A DNA stretch of 63,868 bases, filler included, from Craspedostauros australis (Eukaryota): NCBI GenBank assembly GCA_030167865.1. It is 20 parts of 20 records of this genome, joined end to end, with 100 filler letters (N's around TTAATTAATTAA, not from the genome) between each part and the next. Parts side by side here need not be neighbours in the genome. Positions count along the whole stretch, not along the records: positions 42,251 to 54,213 come from JALAGF010002731.1; positions 54,314 to 56,222 come from JALAGF010002732.1; positions 56,323 to 59,508 come from JALAGF010002733.1; positions 59,609 to 61,549 come from JALAGF010002735.1; 16 more parts are not named here. One strand, 5' to 3'. The notes below the pieces were generated by a model. It saw only the letters and a list, made by a program, of their open reading frames with translations, made no database searches and had not been told where the DNA came from. This document shows positions 49,184-59,898 of the stretch, in pieces (position 1 is the stretch's first letter; each line of letters starts with the position of its first letter). Made by a program: the position numbers and the translations under genes.

Positions 49184-50671
49184 TCACTCGTCATCTTCAG
49201 TTGCAGAAGCACGGATTTCTGTAAGCTCTTGATTCAAAGTGGTCACACTCTTCTCAAGGCCTTGGAGCCTCTTGAGGACGTTCTCCTTCTTGGTGTTCTG
49301 CTCATTCAACTTTACATTGGCGGTTTTGAGGCCAGTGCATTGCTTTTGGAGCATCTCAATCATGAGACGCTGCTTCTTCATGGTTTGCTGTGGTGTGTCT
49401 TCATCACAATCACGATCAGTGTGTGGGGCATCATTGTGTCCAACAAAACCACGTTTGGATGGAGATGATGCAGCTGTTGCAGCAATGGAGGGGAAGGGAG
49501 GCAGTGCAGCAACTGGTGCAAAGACAAAGGGAGAAGTGTTGGGCGATGTAGGCATCTGAGGTGGTGCTCTGTGAGTGCTGTTTTCATGAGATGCGGTCAT
49601 TTGAGATCCTTGATTTTTGTGTACATGAGATGGAACGCTGCTGTGCTTAACAGGCGGTGCAGATGCAGCAGCTGGTGCTGGTTGTGGCATTGATGGTGTC
49701 CTGTTGGTGTCCTTGTGAGTTCTCCTGTACTTGGAGGGCGATACACCCACAGATGCAGCTGCTGGTGGTGCCTTGCGGGTGGGTCTGCGCATGAAAGGCG
49801 ATGTGGCTGGTGCTGGTGGCGCTGCTGGTTGTGCCTTGCGGGTGGGTCTGCGCGTGAAAGGCGATGTTGGTGGTGCTGGTGTTGATGGTGTCCTGCGGGC
49901 GTCTGTGTGAGTCTTCCTGTACTTGGAGGGTAATACACTCACAGATGCAGCTGCTGGTGGTGCCTTACAGGTGTCCTTACGCGTGAAAGGCCATGAAGAT
50001 GCAGCAGCAGCTGCTGGTGGTTCCTTGCAGGTTCCCTTGCGCATGAAAGGCGATGTGACTGGTGCTGGTGGCGCTGCTGGTGGTGCCTTGTGGGTGTTTG
50101 TACGCGTTAAAGGCGATGGAGCTGTTGCAGCTGGTGCTGATGGTGCCTTGCGGGCGCCATTGTCCATGAAAGGTGATGTGGCTGGTGCTGGTGGCGTCTT
50201 GCAGGTGTTCTTGCGCGCGAAAGGCGATGTGGCTGGCGCTGCTACTGGTGCCTTGCGGATGTCCTTGCGCGTGAAAGGCGATGTTGGTGGTGCTGTTGGT
50301 GTTGGTGGTGGTGCCTTGTGGGTGTTTGTACATGTGAAAGGCGATGGAGCTGTTGCAGCTGTTGCATCTGGTGCTGATGGTGCCTTGCAAGCACCATTGT
50401 CCGTGAAAGGTGATGTGACTGATGCTGGTGGCGCCTTGCAGGTGTTCTTGCGCGCGAAAGGCAATGTTGGTGGTGCTGGTGGTGGTGCTGCTGGTGGTGC
50501 TGCTGGTGGTGCTGCTGGTGGTGCTGCTGGTGGTATCTTGCGTGTGGTTTTGTGCGTGAAATGCGATTTGGCTGGTGCCTTGCAGATGTCCTTGCAGACG
50601 TCCTTGCAGACGTCCTTGCAGACGTCCTTGCGCGAGTTAGAACACTGAGTTAGTACCTTGTCAATTTGCAC
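49184..50671 (-). CDS. Subtelomeric ORF: Pro/Ala/Lys-rich SPFxRK repeats plus C-terminal coiled coil; start uncertain, possibly decaying
   Basis: About 1.5-kb ORF with about 12 imperfect units SPF(T/A/M)RKxT(R/C/H)KAPPA. The last 65 or so residues are heptad-rich. There is no ATG at the 5' end. Confidence 0.55.
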   Translation of the reverse strand: MQIDKVLTQCSNSRKDVCKDVCKDVCKDICKAPAKSHFTHKTTRKIPPAAPPAAPPAAPPAAPPPAPPTLPFARKNTCKAPPASVTSPFTDNGACKAPSAPDATAATAPSPFTCTNTHKAPPPTPTAPPTSPFTRKDIRKAPVAAPATSPFARKNTCKTPPAPATSPFMDNGARKAPSAPAATAPSPLTRTNTHKAPPAAPPAPVTSPFMRKGTCKEPPAAAAASSWPFTRKDTCKAPPAAASVSVLPSKYRKTHTDARRTPSTPAPPTSPFTRRPTRKAQPAAPPAPATSPFMRRPTRKAPPAAASVGVSPSKYRRTHKDTNRTPSMPQPAPAAASAPPVKHSSVPSHVHKNQGSQMTASHENSTHRAPPQMPTSPNTSPFVFAPVAALPPFPSIAATAASSPSKRGFVGHNDAPHTDRDCDEDTPQQTMKKQRLMIEMLQKQCTGLKTANVKLNEQNTKKENVLKRLQGLEKSVTTLNQELTEIRASATEDDE

Positions 50672-51730
50672 TCAAAACGGACTCGACCACTTTTGTCCAT
50701 TTATTGTCAGACTTCTCGTGACGTCATCATCTCAGCAAAAATCTGTGTGCATATGTGGCCTTTGATTCTGAGTCTCCTTTGATGAGAAACCTTGGTCACA
50801 GCAAGGTCTCTCATGCACAAGCAACATGTGTATGCAGCTCTCTGATGATACAGCCCACTTATGCATATGACCAGAATGAAGAACACACGAACAACACCTG
50901 AGCCCATTGACATCGTGGTCATGGTTTTCAAGGAAAGAGATCCTGCTTTCAGTGAAGTCTGATCTTGTTTCAGCAACTTACTAACCTGTGCTCCTGCATT
51001 GCTTGTCAACATTCCAGCCCCGCTCATGCAAACATTTGCATAGAAGTGGTCATGATCATTTTGTTGTCTGAGCAACTCTGAGCTTGGTGAGCAAGAGGAG
51101 ACATTGAGTGCATTCTTGTGCGGNACATCGAGTAAAACCAGCAAAACTCGAATGTGATGAAGATGCAAACATTCTTCATCTCATAAAAACACAGAGCTTA
51201 CAACTTAATACTAAAACTCAATCAACAACCACATCAGAGCACAAAACAAACAACCATAGCCACGACCTCCATCAGTACAGCTTGGACATCAAACGGTGAA
51301 AACCGGTCACAAGCACTGAGGGGAGCGTATCAACTATTTCGTCTGTCTTCGTCACATCAAAAACAAAACAAAAATCATACAAGTGGCAAAGACATCGATT
51401 CCGCCCATCACTGACCACTGCGCCACGGAGCGAGCGGCACTGTCGGATTCAACACGAATACTACGTTTCAAACCGGCTAACTTCAACTGGTAGCTGCGAT
51501 CGGTTCGCAACTATCTGCTTCAGATCTACCATCGGATAAGGCTTCCTCTGCCAACAGCAACTGGGCCTTGAGCCCCAACCAACCAACACCAAGCTCGCCA
51601 GACGAGCCACCAACAGATGCAGAGTGAATCCAGTGCACACCTTCCGCCATTTGGAAGTTGGGTTGGAGCTGCAGCCCACATCAATCGATTTCAAGCTCCC
51701 TGAGGATACAGGATCCCTGACATTCCCATC

Positions 51731-52270
51731 ATGAATGAGGACAGAGCACCTGCAGGCGACCAGCCAGAAGCTGGCAACATGCCTGCCATTCAACCAACTG
51801 CAGAGCAGCTTGCCGCTGAGCAACGTGCTGCCAAAGAGCAACAACTTGCCACCAAGCAAGAAGCTGCCGCAGATCAACAACCAGCTGCAAACGAAACTGG
51901 AGACGAAACTACCGGATTGCAAGCAGCAGCAGGACAACAACCGCAGATGCAAGACATCCAATCAGCCATTGAGCAGATCACCACTCTTCAAGCCGAACTG
52001 CAGCAGCACCTTGATGCAATGACTGCACATGAGCTGGAACTCCGGAACAGGGAGGCCACTCTCGAACAAGAGCAACAAGCGCTTCAGGCCAAGAGCGTCA
52101 AGCTCCAAACCCAAGCTGTCAAGTTCAATACCATGGTGGACTCGCCAATTGACCCCCCCCCCCCTTCAGGAAATGATGAGCATGACAAGCGCATCATGAG
52201 CATGCTGGATGATGCCACACCATTCAGAACTCCCACTCCACGCAAGCCCACCAAACCTATCATGGCAACA
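51731..52270 (+). pseudogene. Q/A/E-rich coiled-coil ORF fragment, possibly a retroelement ORF1/gag remnant
   Basis: Coiled coil IQSAIEQITTLQAELQQHL..LEQEQQALQAK. In-frame TGA upstream at 51701. Composition switches abruptly near 52270. Confidence 0.4.
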
Positions 52271-52519
52271 TTGTGGAGGAGGGAGGACTGCCTCAGGGAC
52301 GGGTGGAGGAGGGGGCGTGAGCTGCTGGGGGGCAGCAGTATCAGCATCAGTGGTCTGGTTGGTGGCACCACAATTGCCTCTGTTGTTGGCATTGTTGGCA
52401 CCATTGCTGCAGCTATCATTGTCAATGACAACGCCACTGTTGGCAGCACCACTGCAGTATGGATTCACCACAGCAGGATGGGCAGGAAGGAAGGAAGAAA
52501 GGAAGGCATATCATGATCA

Positions 52520-53200
52520 GTCTTTGAGTGTGGCAGTAGCAACGAGCATCACGGAGTTGACAGCCATATGTGCCACGCTCCTGCCATGTCATGCGTGGTG
52601 TGGGACATCTCCTGAAGTTGTTGGATGTGTGACTACGGTGATCAGAGGTGTTCAGAGAGAGGGACCGGAAGTGGCTGAAAGTGTGTGTTGTGTGGTGAGT
52701 TATGGCAATTTCTGTACATTGTATTTTAGGGTGTGTGAGATGTGTGTGTGTGTGTGTGTGTGTGTGTGGCTTGCATAACTGTGTGTGAACCATGCTGACA
52801 GTGTTTTTGGAATGTGGGGTGTGTCCATGGGCTGTGTCCATGGGCTGTGTCCATGGGCTGTGGGTGGATATTGGCCAGTGTTTGCTTTTGTGTGATGTGT
52901 GATGTGTGATGTGTGGTGATTGATGGCCATTGCTGTGCGTTCCATTTGAGCATATGCGTTGTGTATGGCTAACGGAATCGTATTGATAGTGTGTCAGCCG
53001 CTCCACAGTGTGTTCCAACTGTGTGTGAGTGTGTGTGAGTGTGTGCGAGTGTGTGTGAGTGTGTGTGAGTGTGTGTGAGTGTGTGTGAGTGTGTGTGAGT
53101 GTGTGTGAGTGTGTGTGAGTGTGTGTGTGAGTGTGTGTGTGAGTGTGTGTGTGAGTGTGTGTGTGAGTGTGTGTGTGAGTGTGTGTGTGAGTGTGCGTGA
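52520..53200. repeat. Second copy of the 200-bp satellite unit + linker + GT microsatellite module
   Basis: 52520-52685 resembles 45860-46045, and 52922-53019 resembles 46061-46158. Confidence 0.9.
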
Positions 53201-53269
53201 GTGTCTGAGATGGATATCGGACAGTGTTTTTTTTGTGTGGTGACTGATGGTAATAGCTGTTCACTGCAT

Positions 53270-54130
53270 GTTTGGGTGTTAGGGTGTGAGTTGTGGCAAG
53301 GGCTAGGGTGCTAGGGTGCTAGGGTGCTAGGGTGTTACGGATTTGTATCGAGGGTAAATGTGTGATGGATTTGTATCAAGGGATATGGTGTTAATGTTTG
53401 ATGAACTTGTATCAAGGTTTAATGGGTGATGAATTTGTATCAAGGGTTAGTTTGGGCCATACATGCCAAAGTTAGTTGGTTGGTTGGGGGTGGGGTATAG
53501 GAATAGAAATCAGCCAATGTGTGTTGTTTGGTGAGTGATGAAAAGGGTTGGTGCTTTATGAACTTGTAGCAAGGGTTAATGTGTGATGAATTTGTATCAA
53601 GGGTTAGGTTGGGCGATACTTGCAGCAGTTAGTTGGGTGGTTGGGGGTGGGGTATAGGAATAGAAATCAGCCAATGTGTGTTGTATGGTGAGTGATGAAA
53701 AGGGTTAGGGTGTTAGGGTGTTAATGTGTGATGAATTTGTAGCAAGGGTTAACTTGCGATGAACTTGTATCAAGGGCTAGGGCGTTAATGGGTGATGAAT
53801 TTGTATCAAGGGTTAATGGGTGATGAATTTGTATCAAGGGTTGGGTGGGCAATACTTGCAGCAGTTAGTTGCGTGGTTGGGGGTGGGGTATAGGAATGGA
53901 TATCAGCCAATGTGTGTTGTGCCATGAGTGATGACAAGGGTTAGTATGTGATGAACTTGTATCAAGGGTTATTGTGTGATGAATTTGTATCAAGGGCTAG
54001 GGTGTTAATGTGTGATGAATTTGTATCAAGGGTTGGTTTGGGCAATACTTGCAGCAGTTAGTTTCGTGGTTGGGGGTGGGGTATAGGAATAGATATCGGC
54101 CAATGTATGTTGTGCCATGAGTGATGACAA
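53270..54130. repeat. Distal 157-bp satellite array (4 copies plus partial subunits)
   Basis: Anchors at 53482, 53639, 53875 and 54068. Confidence 0.93.
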
Positions 54131-54213
54131 GGGTTAGGGTTAGGGTTAGGGTTAGGGTTAGGGTTAGGGTTAGGGTTAGGGTTAGGGTTAGGGTTAGGGT
54201 TAGGGTTAGGGTT
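54131..54213 (+). repeat. Telomere (TTAGGG)n, chromosome end
   Basis: About 14 perfect units running to the contig end, G-strand 5'->3' outward. Confidence 0.95.
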
Positions 54214-56322
54214 NNNNNNNNNNNNNNNNNNNNNNNNNNNNNNNNNNNNNNNNNNNNTTAATTAATTAANNNNNNNNNNNNNNNNNNNNNNNNNNNNNNN
54301 NNNNNNNNNNNNNCAACAGGGACAGCCGCTCTCCCCCTTGTTGTGCTTTGTCATGATGCTGAGAGCCACTTGGCTTGCCTTTTGGCTTCAGGTAGTATGT
54401 TTTCTCACAATGGCGCGGTGTCCCCTTGGGTACGCAAGCGAATTGGAGAGGCAGACCAGACAGAGAGCAGCTGGTTGTTGACATACAGGGAATAGGCCAC
54501 ATCCTCACCGAGATTTTTCGCACCCTGCAACCCATTGCCCAGGAGGATCGTGCCTCAACACACATGGCCCCATTCTCCACGTATTGTGATCCATTTGTGT
54601 GGTCCAAACCACGGGAGCGGACGAGAACACCGCCGCAATTATTGGGTTCCTTCTTCGTTTCTCGTCCCCCCCCTTTCTCCGCCCCCTGTTCATCTGTGAA
54701 TGTTTGTCGCGCTTCTTTCATCGAACGTCATCTTCCTCGGTCTCTTGATTTCGAGACGTAAGTTTAGGAAACCGCCACAAACAGCAACGTTGTACATACA
54801 ATGATGCACTATAATACGATGCAGTTGCGTTGATGGAAATGTAAGCTACTATTTCATAGATCCGTGATGTATAGTAAAATAGTTGCATACTGTGTGAAGG
54901 ATCCTATTTGATCCCAGCAGCAGAAAGCACAGGAAACAACCTCAGAAGAACAACAGGCAGAGAAGGGATGGAGAAACGAGGAAGGAACCCAGATCCCGGT
55001 GGGGTCCACGCGTCTCGGGGCACGGTTCCTCGGCCATGCGTCCTGAGACGCGAAAATCTCACCAGGGATATCTTTTCTCTTCCTGTGCTGGAATGTGTGG
55101 TCACACAGCGAGCACGTGTGCATCGAGGTGTTGCGTTTTATGGCGCCTCTGTGTGTCGGTGTCGCTCTTGGGTGTTGTGGCCGAGGAAGAAGGCACCCTC
55201 AATTTTGCGACACAGTCCTGCCGCGTGTTTTGGGGGCACCAAAACATGATCACTTGGGGTATGTTTGGAGACATGGTCGCCCAACGAACTTTGGTCCTCC
55301 CCCGTTCCCACACACGCACCAACACAATCCGAACTTGTCAATGACCAAGGGTAGGAGAAGCCGGAACATGGAGTTCCTGACACGTTACCATACCATGCAT
55401 CACAAAGACAAACAGCTTCCGACACAGAAGTGCTCCTTCTCGTACCTGGAGATAGATGCGTCTGGTAGAGAGCTGATCCTCCTGTGACATTCCCTCAACA
55501 AGACGAGATGACGCAACACGAGCAGAGGTCGAGAAAAGTCACATGCTTCATGGCGTTTTGCACACCACTGCTCCACAGTATTGTAACTTTGCGCTCGAGA
55601 CAGTATTGCCTATTGTATTTACTCTATGGAGCGGTCGGAGACGCATGAGAGGAAGCTTGTGAGTACTGTCTGGCTGTTCTGTGCAGCATTGGCTGCCAAA
55701 GATACCTGCTTGATGGGATAAGGGTCAAACTTGACAGTGTGGCAGTGGCGGCACGTCAATCATGCACGCGCGCGTCGGAAAATCTCGGGTTGAGGCCGAC
55801 TCTGTTCGTACGCACTCGTCTGCCTGGGCGCCTTTGGCATGATTGCGATTTTGCCCATGCAGGGGATGAGGTAGCAAGGCAGCACTGGGTAGGGCTCAGA
55901 GAGTGATCGTACTTTCCAAGTGTGTCTCGATCTGCAGTGGATATTTGAGTGAACACCGATTCAGGGTACGATCGGCGTGGCTCGAGCTCCTCTGTGTGCT
56001 CGTGGGTCCAAGGAGGTGCGTGTCAGGCGATCATTTCTGTGGGAGCGCTTTCGCTTCTGTACGACCTCAGAGTGGGAAATGAAGCAGTGATGGACGTCCA
56101 TTAGGGCTGGCTGCCTGCAGAGTCTTCGGTGCCTTTCCAGGGTGAGGTCCTGGCGAAGCTGTCCATCAATGGATGGTATTCGTATTTACTAGTACGCATA
56201 TGCACCGCATCTCGCCACTGCANNNNNNNNNNNNNNNNNNNNNNNNNNNNNNNNNNNNNNNNNNNNTTAATTAATTAANNNNNNNNNNNNNNNNNNNNNN
56301 NNNNNNNNNNNNNNNNNNNNNN

Positions 56323-56585
56323 TGGGAAGTACCTCGAGATTCTCTTGGTACCATTGATGGATGGACGGACGATATTCCAATTCTCTCAGAAATCGTCGAT
56401 TGCAAAATTCCTCCAGAAATCTTGCCCCTTTTCGTGTGTTCCGTTTCCCCTGTAATTCTGACGAATCACAGTATACTATCGACACGAATGTAGTTATACC
56501 GTCCAAGTGCATATGAGAGAATAACGGGTGAACGATGCACATATACACGTACATCTCGACATATACTCACATGTACATCTTGACA
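56323..56585 (+). mobile_element. Right end of LTR family B (..TCTTGACA)
   Basis: Near-identical to 39643-39851 and to the reverse complement of 38232-38421. Confidence 0.88.
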
Positions 56586-57826
56586 CCTGCGATGTCCATA
56601 CATGGGTCATGCAGCAGGTACATCCCAAATACAAGCAAAATGTGACGATGCGACGGCCAGCAGAGCCACCATGCATTGAGGGGACCAAACTGGGATATGT
56701 ATGAAACCGTTGAATTGGCGTTACGCTATAGACATGCGTACCAATCATGGACGACACAACATGGAAGCAGATGCACTGACTCATATGACATCGATAAGAT
56801 TCATAATCTGCATCTTTACCTCTTTTTCATCTTAATTGGGTTTCACGTGTGTAATAACTTGCCAAATGAGAACCCCAAGCACAACAAAGGTTGGGATGAA
56901 TCACCCAAACTCCCCCTCAATTCACCCTTCAATGGGATGGCTTGCTTGTGCCAGTGATAAACTCTAAGCCATTTGATTGGCCGGAGTCGCCAGCCATGCC
57001 AAAAAATAACCACTCGAACCCCTCCAATTGGGCGATGGTTGGTGGTCGGCGGCAGATGGTCCACGAAGTACGAGTATGTCAAGGGAAATGAGGGGAGATA
57101 GTATGGACATGGCAGATTTGGAGGGTCTGACGGCGAGGCTGGCAGGTCGTGCTTTCTCAGACTGAGGATCCACAACGAAGCAACGTACCACGAGGGAGTG
57201 GTCCTGTGAGTTGATATGCTGAATGTGATACTGTGATGGCTGGTTGCATTTTATGAGATGACTGATTCATCGTTCCAAAACGCAGAGAAAACCAGAATCA
57301 TTTTCTCCTCGATAGCTCGTGCAGATGTCATGGTTGGTAGCTTGTTTCGCACGATATTGCTCTTCCTTCTCTTCCCACGTGCTCTCTGTCGTTCGTTGAG
57401 ACTTTCACACAAACAAGAGAGAGAGAGAGAGATTTGAATCAGAGGGAAGTTTTGGTTGTTGCACTCCGCTGATGAATCCCAGGTTTTGGCGCAAAGAAGG
57501 AACGGGAGAGAATCATCAAGAGATGACTCCAGAAGAGACGGCAGCCGTTGAGAGACGACGTGGCATTGGATAAGGTCCGGAAAGTTTGCCACCGACAATC
57601 TTTGTGATGTGTTCAGCAACGCAATGTGCGGAGTATGCATGCTCTGTTCGTTGTGTGCGCAACATGTAGTTTTCACAGCTTACTCATGTAACCACATCCC
57701 TCTCCACTGCACTGACAAGATGCTTTGCGGCAAGCGTTTCGTCCTTGTGGATCGCCGCTTTCTTTTGGCCCTGCGCGTGCGGCGCGGAGTGTCACTGCGC
57801 CCACCCCACGACGGCAGCATGCCGCG

Positions 57827-58639
57827 TTAGAAACTCGCCAACCGCAGATGCATCGGCAGCGATCTTCTCAGATCATCCGCATCGCTGGCGGAGAAGGTGC
57901 TGATATTAGACCATTCGCTCGTGGAGTGCGTGCTGGCAGAGAAGGTGCTGCCATCAGACCGTTCGTTCGTCGAATGCGTGCCGCCGCCGCTCTCCGAAGT
58001 GTCGAAGAGATCTGGCACGGCCTTGCTGCCTTGCCGCAGAGCGAGGTCAATGTCTTGACCGACCTTGGGCACGATGGCGTCGAGGAGGCAGGAGGGTCCG
58101 CAGGCCACGCAGTTGAACATGGCGTCGTCGTCGGCCCATTTGTGGACGAGACCGCCCGCGACGAGCTTGTTGAAGTTGGGTTGCACCTTGGAACCCCTTG
58201 TGACCTTACAGAGGCGCCACATGCATCCGAGATCGGTGCGGCCCATCCTGGAACCGACTGGCCCTGACATGCCATGCGCCATGCTGCCGTCCGAGAGACG
58301 CAGGATGTCAATGACGAGGAAGGCCTTAGGTTGCTTAGAGGGCGAGCAGCTGTATGTGGTGGAGAATATGACGTCGAGGGCCTGGATGACCTGGTTCTCC
58401 AGCTTGCGCGGGTCCATGCGCGTCGTGAAGAGGTTGGATCGTCTGGCGCGGTCGTCCATGCGGACGATGACCTGCGTGCGGGAGCAGAAGGAGTTGGGCA
58501 ATCCATTGAAGTCCATGTTGAGCGGGAAGTTGTCGATGAGTTCATAGCCCGTGAGCCTCTGGAACTCCTTGAAGCCTTCGTCAGTGAGAGCGCCCGGTTT
58601 GGCCTGCTTGTCGCTCATGTTGGCGAATATCTGCGACAT
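57827..58639 (-). CDS. Hypothetical protein, probably the last exon of a spliced gene
   Basis: 270-codon ORF with strong C/G third-position bias, an AG acceptor just upstream, and a 16-aa duplication near the C-terminus (THSTNERSDGSTFSAS / THSTSEWSNISTFSAS). No family recognised. Confidence 0.55.
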   Translation of the reverse strand: MSQIFANMSDKQAKPGALTDEGFKEFQRLTGYELIDNFPLNMDFNGLPNSFCSRTQVIVRMDDRARRSNLFTTRMDPRKLENQVIQALDVIFSTTYSCSPSKQPKAFLVIDILRLSDGSMAHGMSGPVGSRMGRTDLGCMWRLCKVTRGSKVQPNFNKLVAGGLVHKWADDDAMFNCVACGPSCLLDAIVPKVGQDIDLALRQGSKAVPDLFDTSESGGGTHSTNERSDGSTFSASTHSTSEWSNISTFSASDADDLRRSLPMHLRLASF

Positions 58640-59898
58640 CCTGATGCTATATTCTATTTGTACTGTCCTCTGCGATGCGCAATGTCATCGCATTTGGTTG
58701 TGTATTCAGTTGGCGTTGTTCCTGTTTTGGGTGTTGGAAATGGCAAGGGTGAAGCCGTCGATGAATGGATGGTTGGATGGTTGGATGAATGGGTGGGTAC
58801 GCAGATCGATGAATGAGCAAGTCGAGGTGCCAGCCGATGATGAACAGACGCACGCTGGTCTGAATGCTGTTTGATGTCGGTCGTCCAGTTTGATCGCTTG
58901 TGTGGAAAGAAGGCCTGCTCTTCTCCGATCGTCGGTTTCCTTGTGAGTGAGTGTCAAAGATCAAGCTCCTTTTCTTCACCAAATATGGCATCAACTGAAA
59001 AGAGATGGTGATCGTTGGCCAGCTGTCTTCGGATTTGTTGTGGCCTGGCTGATGGCACAAGAGGTGAGTGGATGGATGGGACCATGCAAGAGAGAGAGAG
59101 AAAGGTCAACGCAGTGCACTGATCCACGCATCGATGCATGAACTGGATCGGTGGAAATAGCCAAGATGACGAATGGACCTGCCACTTGGCATCGACGAAG
59201 AGCACCTCGTTCCATACAAGTGCTCTTCTTGCATCGTCAACGGCGTCAGCGGCGCCAACGGCGTCATAGTTGATCGGCCAAACACTCTCCCTTGCGAGGA
59301 AGTCGCCTTGATCTGTCCATTTGTTGGAGACGAACAAGTGAATTTTCTGAAACTTCGATCGTGATTTTGTGGCAGTGGGTGCGACACTTGTGTTGGACAC
59401 GAAAACTGCAGCTTAACCGTCTGTCTCCAAGTGCGAAAAGTTCAGTAGGGCATTGTGCGCAAGCGAACGGATATGTCGGAACGCACAAGCAGGGCGACGC
59501 TCCATTGTNNNNNNNNNNNNNNNNNNNNNNNNNNNNNNNNNNNNNNNNNNNNTTAATTAATTAANNNNNNNNNNNNNNNNNNNNNNNNNNNNNNNNNNNN
59601 NNNNNNNNGTATGGCGTGAAGACGCTCGCGATTCGTGCCTGTTCCTGTTCCAGAAGTGCGCAGATGGAGAATGGAGTGTTGTAGAGAGATCTGGCGACGA
59701 CCATGTCGCACGACGAGTTCACGAGTATGGAGCTGCGAGTATAGTGCGAATATAGTATGGTGCGATTATAGTATGGATATGATACGAGAAGGGAGCGACT
59801 ACGATGCGAGTAGAGCACACCACCAGAGTATATCAGGAGAACGTTTAGAAGCAGAATGCGATAGTCGAATGGTACATTCCTTGTTTCCGGACATTATT

